NCBI GenBank assembly: GCA_944319735.1
Contig: CALUEU010000007.1
Location: 1,189-65,188, forward strand
DNA from: an uncultured Methanomassiliicoccus sp.
GTDB taxonomy: Archaea > Thermoplasmatota > Thermoplasmata > Methanomassiliicoccales > Methanomassiliicoccaceae
Length of the DNA: 64,000 nucleotides
Direction of reading: 5' to 3'
Positions 57,893-64,000 of this stretch are shown one piece after another. The notes beneath the pieces were generated by a model. That model saw only the letters and a list, made by a program, of their open reading frames with translations. It ran no database searches and was not told the origin of the DNA. The stretch's first letter is position 1, and every line of letters begins with the position of its first letter. A program made the position numbers and the translations under genes.

Positions 57893-58122
57893 GTAGGAGT
57901 TACCGCCCTCTTGCGAGGACGGGGTTCGTAACATGAACCACATGGACTGGATTATTACATACAGTCAAGGATTGCCACGTTGATGCTATCAACTGTGACA
58001 ATCGTCCATAATGAGATGCGCGATTGGCAACTCGTTCGAATCACCTCCTGCGACAAATCTCCGGACACGGTAGGATCGTTTACCAGACTACCCCTACCGA
58101 GTCTGGCTCAGACTTACCGCAA
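57893..58122 (+). other. about 230-nt structured non-coding block, GC-richer than its surroundings (candidate ncRNA, family unknown)
   Basis: Several long helices read by hand (GATTGCCAC-GTTGAT-GCT-ATCAAC-T-GTGACAATC, CGGTAGG...CCTACCG, AGTCTG-GCT-CAGACT, GTAGGAG...CTCCTGC). No credible ORF. Confidence 0.25.
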
Positions 58123-58164
58123 AAGGGACCAACGAGTCCCTTTCACTAGTTTTTTCTGTTTTTA
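58122..58164. terminator. bidirectional-looking terminator hairpin
   Basis: AAAGGGAC-CAACGA-GTCCCTTT followed by TTTTTTCTGTTTTT on the plus strand. On the minus strand it follows the stop of the 58194-58718 gene. Confidence 0.5.
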
Positions 58165-58193
58165 TAATCTGAAGAGTTTGATCTTACTAACAT

Positions 58194-58718
58194 TCAAATC
58201 TTCACTTTCTCCAGATTCTCTTTTACTTCTTGAAAATTGTAAGTTTTGCAGAGCTGTTCTGCCGCCGCATTCATTTTTTCATCGTTGGAAATACAGGCAT
58301 CCTCCATCAAGAAAGGAATCAAGCCGTTGTCAAATGCTGCAAAATATGTGGACATTACGCAGTACTGAGTGATCATGCCTGCAATCAAGATATTGTCGCA
58401 GCCGCTTTTCTTGATAACATCAGCCAGTTCAGTCTCGCGGAAGCTGTTCATATGCTTCTTGTAAACCGTGATGTCTGACGAATGTGTTTCAATTTTATCG
58501 AAGTATTCATCCCCATCCGGTCCCATGTCTGGATGTCCATGGCTGGCACCTAAGTACTTAACAAAAATTACCGGCCTTTTAGCTTCTCTGAACATCTTGG
58601 TTACTTTATTGATATTTTCAATCTGCTTCTCAAACGGCACGCTGACTGAGAACTTCTTCTGTACATCGATTATCACCAAAGCCAGTCTGCGTTCGTTTTT
58701 GTCAGGGACATCTATCAT
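58194..58718 (-). CDS. isochorismatase-family cysteine hydrolase
   Basis: LALVIIDVQKKF (Asp), a Lys region and the catalytic Cys context ILIAGMITQYCV. Confidence 0.8.
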   Translation of the reverse strand: MIDVPDKNERRLALVIIDVQKKFSVSVPFEKQIENINKVTKMFREAKRPVIFVKYLGASHGHPDMGPDGDEYFDKIETHSSDITVYKKHMNSFRETELADVIKKSGCDNILIAGMITQYCVMSTYFAAFDNGLIPFLMEDACISNDEKMNAAAEQLCKTYNFQEVKENLEKVKI

Positions 58719-58889
58719 TCAAATCCGAAGCTGCATTCCAGCCTAAATATTGTGCTGCTGATCTTTTACCGTGACATTTCTAATATTCAATAAATTGGTA
58801 AGTATTTGGCACGATGTCTGTGGGATGTTCAATTTTTTGATACAAGCAAACTTACAATTATATGAACTTCAAAGTCTCTCGGACATCAA

Positions 58890-59339
58890 ATGTCAGTCAC
58901 AGACAAACAAATTGAACTGCTGTATTCAAAAAATAACACTGAGGCATATGAAGCGCTGAAAGAACTTCAGAATATGAGCTCCGAATCAGACGAAGTCTAC
59001 GCACATCTGGATGAATTCATATCAATGCTCAACAGTGACAATTCTTATCTGCGCAGCAGAGGTCTGACGCTGATTGCTGCTAATGTCAAATGGGATCATG
59101 GCAAAAAGATCGACTCAATCATCGACAGTTATCTGCAGCACATTACCGACGTAAAGCCCATTACCTCAAGACTATGCATCAAGACTCTGCCTGAATTGGC
59201 TGAATCCAAGCCTGAATTGAAAAACAAAATAATCTCTGCTCTGCAGAATGCAGATTTGTCAGAGTATAAAGACAGCATGCGACCGCTGATCCGCAGCGAT
59301 ATCGAAACTGTTCTGGAAAAACTAACGAAAAATCTTTAA
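58890..59339 (+). CDS. hypothetical all-helical (HEAT/ARM-like) protein
   Basis: 149-aa helical-repeat-like ORF. No catalytic motif. Confidence 0.4.
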   Translation: MSVTDKQIELLYSKNNTEAYEALKELQNMSSESDEVYAHLDEFISMLNSDNSYLRSRGLTLIAANVKWDHGKKIDSIIDSYLQHITDVKPITSRLCIKTLPELAESKPELKNKIISALQNADLSEYKDSMRPLIRSDIETVLEKLTKNL

Positions 59340-59375
59340 AATTCTGATTAAGAGAAATAAAGCAGCGTGGGCTGC

Positions 59376-60257
59376 TTATTTCTGTCTTAATTCTCCTAAT
59401 GTGGCGGTGCGCTCAGCAAAGGCATTGTGCTTATGAATGGACTCCTCGCTCTCGCTTTTTACCGTCAGTCTTACTGAATCGGGAAGATCTGTGTACTTTT
59501 CAACGACCTTCATGAGAATTGTGCGCACCACATCTTCTACAAACTTGGGGTTCTGGTGAGCCCGGAGGACTACCGCCGCTTCATCATCTCTCTTGAGAAG
59601 CTCGTGGGTAGAGGAGGAAAATGAGCTCTCCAGAAGGTCTATCATTCCGTCGGCTTCAACATCGCATTCTTCAGGAGTCTCCACAATCAAGGTGGCAACG
59701 TTCCTCTGGTTATGGGTGATGACTGGCAGATCATCAGCGAATACGACTGAGCCTTTGTGAAGCTCCCTCACAGTTTCCATAGCGCAGGGGCAGGCGGTCA
59801 TACCGACAACCTCAACGCCGATGGTTTTCTTCAGTGGTTCTGAACCCTCGCTCACAGACTTGGCAAGTATCTTAAAAGTCTCAAGCGTCTTTTTTCCGCT
59901 GGGTCCTGGACGTTCTGTAAAATATTCCGCCGACATGTTGACTTCGGCATATGTGGCGTATTCATGCTTCTGTCTCAGTTTGTGACAGATGCCGGCAGCA
60001 ACCACTTCAATTCCCTGAGCAGGAGTTTCGAGAGTGGAATTGATGACTTCATTAATGGCTTCCAGATTACGGGAAAGGTGAGATCCTTTTTGAGTAGGAG
60101 GTAGATCTACGAATACATCAATGTTGCAGAATAGTGTTGTAACCCTTCCTGCTCTGGCTACCTTAATGGGCTTTCTGACATTGGTAACACCCACTCGTGT
60201 CAGAAGGTAACTGCCATCAAGTCTGCGGTTCTGAACGTCACTTTTAATGTTAACCAC
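59376..60257 (-). CDS. mptA: GTP cyclohydrolase MptA (FolE2 family)
   Basis: SDVQNRR...LTRVGVTNVRKPIKV N-terminus and a CPC metal site (MTACPCAMET) typical of FolE2/MptA. Confidence 0.8.
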   Translation of the reverse strand: MVNIKSDVQNRRLDGSYLLTRVGVTNVRKPIKVARAGRVTTLFCNIDVFVDLPPTQKGSHLSRNLEAINEVINSTLETPAQGIEVVAAGICHKLRQKHEYATYAEVNMSAEYFTERPGPSGKKTLETFKILAKSVSEGSEPLKKTIGVEVVGMTACPCAMETVRELHKGSVVFADDLPVITHNQRNVATLIVETPEECDVEADGMIDLLESSFSSSTHELLKRDDEAAVVLRAHQNPKFVEDVVRTILMKVVEKYTDLPDSVRLTVKSESEESIHKHNAFAERTATLGELRQK

Positions 60258-60322
60258 CTTACGAAATCTCGCATAGTCTCGGTATCTATATATTATGCGT
60301 ACCTACGCATTTAGACTGTAGC

Positions 60323-61414
60323 TCATTTTATTTTTACAAGCCGGTAGTTTCTTTCTCCCAGTCCTAAAGATTCTGCATATTCCAGCTGCCTATGCCAGTT
60401 GGCGTCGGAAAGAGAGCTGATATTGTCCTCTGCTTTTTTCTTCTGCATAATGAAGTATTTAGAAGAGTTTACTAAGTCAGCAGCGGCCTGGTCTATTGAG
60501 ACAATGTCTCTTGATGCCAGTATGCCGACGTTGGGCATTACCGGCGCCCCGCTGAAGCCGTAGCAGTCACACAATGGAGTAAAGTCCATCAAAAAAGTCA
60601 CATAGCCGACCTTATCCTTCTTTGACTTCAGGATTCCATAGCAGTATTCAACTATCCTTTCTTGTAAATCTTCATAGCCTGTTTCCGCCCCTGGTGAAAT
60701 AGCCTCATAAGGGCAGGTGAGAAAACATTTCCCGCATCCCAGACATATGTCAGAATTAATCGCCGCTCTGCCTGAAGACACTTTGATTGCTGAAGATAAA
60801 CAGACTTCTTCACAGCTTTTGCAGCCTCTGCACAATGCCTGGTTGACATACGGTCTCACAGAATGATGCATCTGCAGCTTTCCACGTCTTGAGCCTAGCC
60901 CCATGCCTACATTTTTCATTGCTCCGCCGAATCCTGTCAGGCCGTGGCCTTTGAAGTGGGAAACTACAATCATGGAGTTGGCATCAGCAACGGCAGAACC
61001 GTAGTGGATTGTTTTGCAGTGCTTGAGATTAACCTCTACTTCTGTATCGTCCGTTCCCAACAGCCCGTCGGCGATGATCACCGGTGCGTTGATGGCTGGA
61101 TAAGTAAATCCGTGCCTGGCTGCAATATTCAGATGGTCCACTGCATTGGTCCTCATTCCTCTGTACAAGGTGTTGCAGTCCGTGAGAAAAGGATTTCCAC
61201 CTTTCTTTGAGATATTGTCTACCACTACCGACACCAACTCCGCTCTCAGAAAAGCTGAGTTTCCCTCCTCACCGAAATGAGTCTTTACTGCTACCAAGTC
61301 GCCTTTGGAAAAGACATCTCCCAGCTCTGCCGCTTTGAACAGTTTGGTTATTTTTCTGGGAACGCTGTCTGAAGGTTTTGAAGCATGAAAGTCAGCGAAG
61401 TAAACATCGGACAT
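60323..61414 (-). CDS. DUF362 domain protein with inserted 2x[4Fe-4S] ferredoxin domain
   Basis: CRGCKSCEEVC and CLGCGKCFLTCP clusters embedded in a DUF362-like scaffold. Confidence 0.75.
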   Translation of the reverse strand: MSDVYFADFHASKPSDSVPRKITKLFKAAELGDVFSKGDLVAVKTHFGEEGNSAFLRAELVSVVVDNISKKGGNPFLTDCNTLYRGMRTNAVDHLNIAARHGFTYPAINAPVIIADGLLGTDDTEVEVNLKHCKTIHYGSAVADANSMIVVSHFKGHGLTGFGGAMKNVGMGLGSRRGKLQMHHSVRPYVNQALCRGCKSCEEVCLSSAIKVSSGRAAINSDICLGCGKCFLTCPYEAISPGAETGYEDLQERIVEYCYGILKSKKDKVGYVTFLMDFTPLCDCYGFSGAPVMPNVGILASRDIVSIDQAAADLVNSSKYFIMQKKKAEDNISSLSDANWHRQLEYAESLGLGERNYRLVKIK

Positions 61415-61738
61415 ATCTGCCGTCTGAATGCGCAGGAGTGATTAAACTTGCTCCCTGTATAATGCAGTTCTAAACTACACAGAACTATGCAGTCCAGAAA
61501 GGTTCCATTGGAGCTGAATATGGAGATGCCTGTGAATTTTACCCCGAGACTTTAAATCAATTGAGGCAGTATTGTGATTGGCGTTCACAACGGCTCCTGA
61601 CAAAACACACTATTAATGATGAATAAAATAGGGTCGGGCAGTTGTTTTTGAAACTAGACCGCTTCATCAGCGTGAGTTAGAACAACTGAAGAAATCTATG
61701 CTTGAATAGATGTTTGTTTAACGGGAAAGGAGATCATT

Positions 61739-62356
61739 ATGGTGTTGGAGAATAAACTCGGCATTACTGATTCGTCAGAACTCGCCCGTGTCGAAGAAAA
61801 GATCAGCAAATCGAAAGCTCTTGAGCTTTTTGAAACAGGTTTGCTTGATACTTTTGAGGTGGGAACTTTTGAAGGACTGGCAAATATTCATAGATATCTG
61901 TTCGATGAGATTTATGACTTCGCTGGAAAAATACGAACTGTGAACATTGCAAAAGGCAGTTTCCGCTTTGCACCTCTCATGTATCTTGAAGCATCTCTTG
62001 ACAACATTGCCAAAATGCCGCAGTCAACATTTGATGAAATCATTGAAAAATATGTGGAGATGAATATTGCTCATCCCTTCCGTGAGGGCAATGGACGCAG
62101 TACAAGAATCTGGCTGAATGCCATTCTCAAAAAAGAATTGAAGATGGTAGTTGATTGGAGCAAAGTCGATAAGGAAGACTATCTGCTCGCTATGGAAAGG
62201 AGTCCTGTTAAGGATGTTGAAATAAAGGTGCTTTTGAAGGCTGCCTTGACTGATAAAGTCAATGACTGTGAAGTTTATATGAAAGGCATCGACGCAAGTT
62301 ATCATTACGAGGGATACAACATCTTTAAAACGGAGACCCTCAGAAACAAACATTAA
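61739..62356 (+). CDS. Fic-family protein (AMPylase-type), class III-like
   Basis: Canonical Fic motif [12 protein letters not shown] (about 62070-62105). C-terminal SYHYEG matches the inhibitory (S/T)xxxE(G/N) motif. GGAAAGGAG upstream of the ATG. Confidence 0.9.
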   Translation: MVLENKLGITDSSELARVEEKISKSKALELFETGLLDTFEVGTFEGLANIHRYLFDEIYDFAGKIRTVNIAKGSFRFAPLMYLEASLDNIAKMPQSTFDEIIEKYVEMNIAHPFREGNGRSTRIWLNAILKKELKMVVDWSKVDKEDYLLAMERSPVKDVEIKVLLKAALTDKVNDCEVYMKGIDASYHYEGYNIFKTETLRNKH

Positions 62357-62641
62357 ATGAGTGTAATGATAGCATTTGCAACAGAGGCTGAGTTCGAAAA
62401 TGCCTGATAAAGATGTATAAAGAAAAGCAGTGCCAGTTGTCAGTCTATGCGGTTATCGAAATTGCATTCTCAATTAATATCATTCCAGCATACAAAGCCT
62501 GGTTTCGTGGTGATGTGTGAAAGGAAGTTTTCGCTGATGTTACAAAAACTGCGTTCTTAATATGCATGTCTGTTTGATAATGCCATAACTATTCTAGTCT
62601 TAAGATTGAATATTTTTTTACAACCTGGAATATAAACACCT

Positions 62642-62649
62642 TTTATATA
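62642..62649 (+). promoter_or_regulatory. TATA-box-like TTTATATA about 180 nt upstream of the adhesin start codon
   Basis: Read directly. It would give a long 5' leader containing three hairpins. Confidence 0.3.
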
Positions 62650-62827
62650 CAACTGAGTGCAAAAGAGCATATTCGACGGATGAAACGATGATTGGAGATT
62701 AATGATAACTGCACTTAGGAGGAGTGCAGTCTGCTCTTTTCTGACTTCATCCGCGCGTCTTACGCTTAGGAGGACGCCAAACCTGAAAAATCGGATGGTG
62801 TACAAACCATCCAGGCAAGGTGTATAG

Positions 62828-64000
62828 ATGAAAACTAAGAATACATTAGCGATAGCGCTAGCTCTAGCCTTGGCGATGATCTTGGTGCCTGCGGCATCAA
62901 TCATAGCCGATGACAACAGCGCCGGGGATTCTGAATTTTATAATTCAGGCGTTGTGCTTGGAGCTGATCCGGTAGACCACGTAGAGTGGGAAGATAATGC
63001 TGGATCACAAACGACAACAATCAGATTTTATGCTGACGGCGATGCCATAACGGTCGAGTCAGCAACCTCAAATCCTTTAGATGAGGTCTTGCTGATTACA
63101 TTCTCTGACGGAACTACCCAGACTTTAAATCCGGCAGACTATGGTAACCAGCCTAAGAAATTCGTAAACATCTTCGGCGGAAGTAAAAACGCTTCAGTTG
63201 CTTCTTCCAGCGTAACTGTGAACAGCGGATATATGAACGCAGTATATGCCGGCGGATTCAGCGATGCTGAGGCAACTCCTGCCAACGTTACAACATCTGC
63301 CCTCGTAATGAACGGAGGACACGTTACTAACGCCATTTACGGCGGAGGTCTGCTGTATTCTACAGTGCAGAATGCCACTGTAACAATGAATGACGGCTAC
63401 ACAGAGTTCATAATGGGCGGCGGAGCCTGTTACCTTTCTGCAGCACAGAATATCGGTACACCAGACAACCCGTACCCGAGCATTACTGGAAAAACCACCG
63501 TAAATATAAACGGTGGTAACGCAGACTATGTAATGGGCGGCGGCCAAGGCTATGCTTTGGTAAATAATTCAGAAATAAACTTTAACGACGGAACTGCAGT
63601 GGAAGTAATCGGCAGCGGTTCCAATGGTACAACAGACAACTCTGTCGTGAACATCAGGGGCGGAGAAGTCACAGACTATGTATTCTCTGTCAACAGAGGA
63701 GCAGTTGCAGACAGTGCAACGATAAACATCACAGGCGGAACAGTTGCTAATGCCTATGCAGGAGCATCTCAGGATTCTTCCAACACAACAGGTAAAGTAA
63801 CTGGATCTGTAAGCCTCAACATAAGCGGAGGAGACGTTTCTTCCATATATGTTGGAACAGGAATAAATGACGCAAATGTAAATCTCAACGTAGGCGACAG
63901 AACAATCATCGCCCAGGGCGGATTTGCTGCAAATGCTGACAAAGACTACACTATTGCACCTGGAAAAGAATGGAACATAGAGAGCGGCAGGTTAGTAGTG
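62828..64000 (+). CDS. adhesin-like surface protein, paralogue of 46497-49502; 3' end outside window
   Basis: Absent from the ORF track (no stop in window). The frame was spot-checked over the first ~240 nt and skimmed for stops to 64000. The signal peptide MKTKNTLAIALALALAMILVPAAS. FVNIFGGSKNASVASSS parallels FSVFGGSKNASVNSTS. Repeated ..GG.V....Y.GG.. rungs. AAGGTG upstream. Confidence 0.8.
   Translation, partial: MKTKNTLAIALALALAMILVPAASIIADDNSAGDSEFYNSGVVLGADPVDHVEWEDNAGSQTTTIRFYADGDAITVESATSNPLDEVLLITFSDGTTQTLNPADYGNQPKKFVNIFGGSKNASVASSSVTVNSGYMNAVYAGGFSDAEATPANVTTSALVMNGGHVTNAIYGGGLLYSTVQNATVTMNDGYTEFIMGGGACYLSAAQNIGTPDNPYPSITGKTTVNINGGNADYVMGGGQGYALVNNSEINFNDGTAVEVIGSGSNGTTDNSVVNIRGGEVTDYVFSVNRGAVADSATINITGGTVANAYAGASQDSSNTTGKVTGSVSLNISGGDVSSIYVGTGINDANVNLNVGDRTIIAQGGFAANADKDYTIAPGKEWNIESGRLVV

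Noticed and set aside
57893-58122. Assignment of the structured block to RNase P RNA, SRP RNA, or a TPP or purine riboswitch.
   Set aside because: The universal cores are absent on both strands (GGAAAGUCC P4 strand, SRP GNAR loop with AGCA symmetric loop, CUGAGA / ACCUGA of TPP). It is kept only as an unclassified candidate.
57980-58372. 130-aa plus-strand ORF spanning the structured block and running into the isochorismatase gene in antisense.
   Set aside because: No coding signature. It crosses a terminator-like hairpin and overlaps a well-supported minus-strand gene.
61615-61689. Candidate box C/D sRNA (AATGATGA at 61615-22, CTGA at 61686-89).
   Set aside because: No recognisable internal D' and C' boxes at the expected 12-nt guide spacing. 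Terminal boxes alone occur by chance in AT-rich spacers.
62557-63547. Minus-strand ORFs 62557-62916, 63139-63336 and 63194-63547.
   Set aside because: They are antisense to the clearly coding adhesin paralogue (signal peptide, paralogous repeat blocks). Their translations are Cys/Val/Ala-rich nonsense, typical of the reverse strand of GGx-rich genes.

Overview
Archaeal chromosome segment, about 90% coding. Archaeal markers: Sm-like protein with L37e, L41e, RtcB, NAC, PdaD, archaeal SepF, MptA, and an intron-containing tRNA-Trp. The gut-methanogen-style adhesin-like proteins suggest a Thermoplasmata or Methanomassiliicoccales-like host, but that is only a guess. No rRNA, CRISPR array, transposase or integrase was recognised. 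Core content: purF; pyrC with AMMECR1; proBA; porGDAB; glnA; bacterial-type aspS; gatCAB; alaX with an Lrp regulator; hypC; and a tRNA cluster (Arg-TCT, Trp-CCA, His-GTG) next to rtcB, plus a separate tRNA-Ala-GGC. Two ribosomal protein genes under 60 aa are missing from the ORF track: L37e (6640-6807) and L41e (15149-15256). The tRNA-Trp intron encodes a box C/D guide RNA whose two guides pair with C34 and C39 of its own tRNA. Accessory content worth a second look: (1) An AT-rich island (45.0-52.0 kb) lies between aspS and gatB. It holds a large adhesin-like gene split at an (AT)3 tract, with a G12 tract just after the signal peptide. (2) The same island holds an unassignable, translationally coupled two-gene cassette (49789-51304). 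(3) Three tandem acidic proteins, including an SMI1/KNR4 (SUKH) protein (10.3-12.3 kb), form an immunity-like cluster with no toxin gene. (4) An ATTGGTAAG motif recurs with an 11-nt period beside a structured non-coding block (57.75-58.8 kb). (5) A bacterial-looking MerR, flavoprotein and truncated-LarC operon has a perfect palindrome upstream. (6) A class III-like Fic protein. (7) A second adhesin paralogue runs off the 3' edge of the window. Functions are assigned from motifs read by eye, since no database search was possible.
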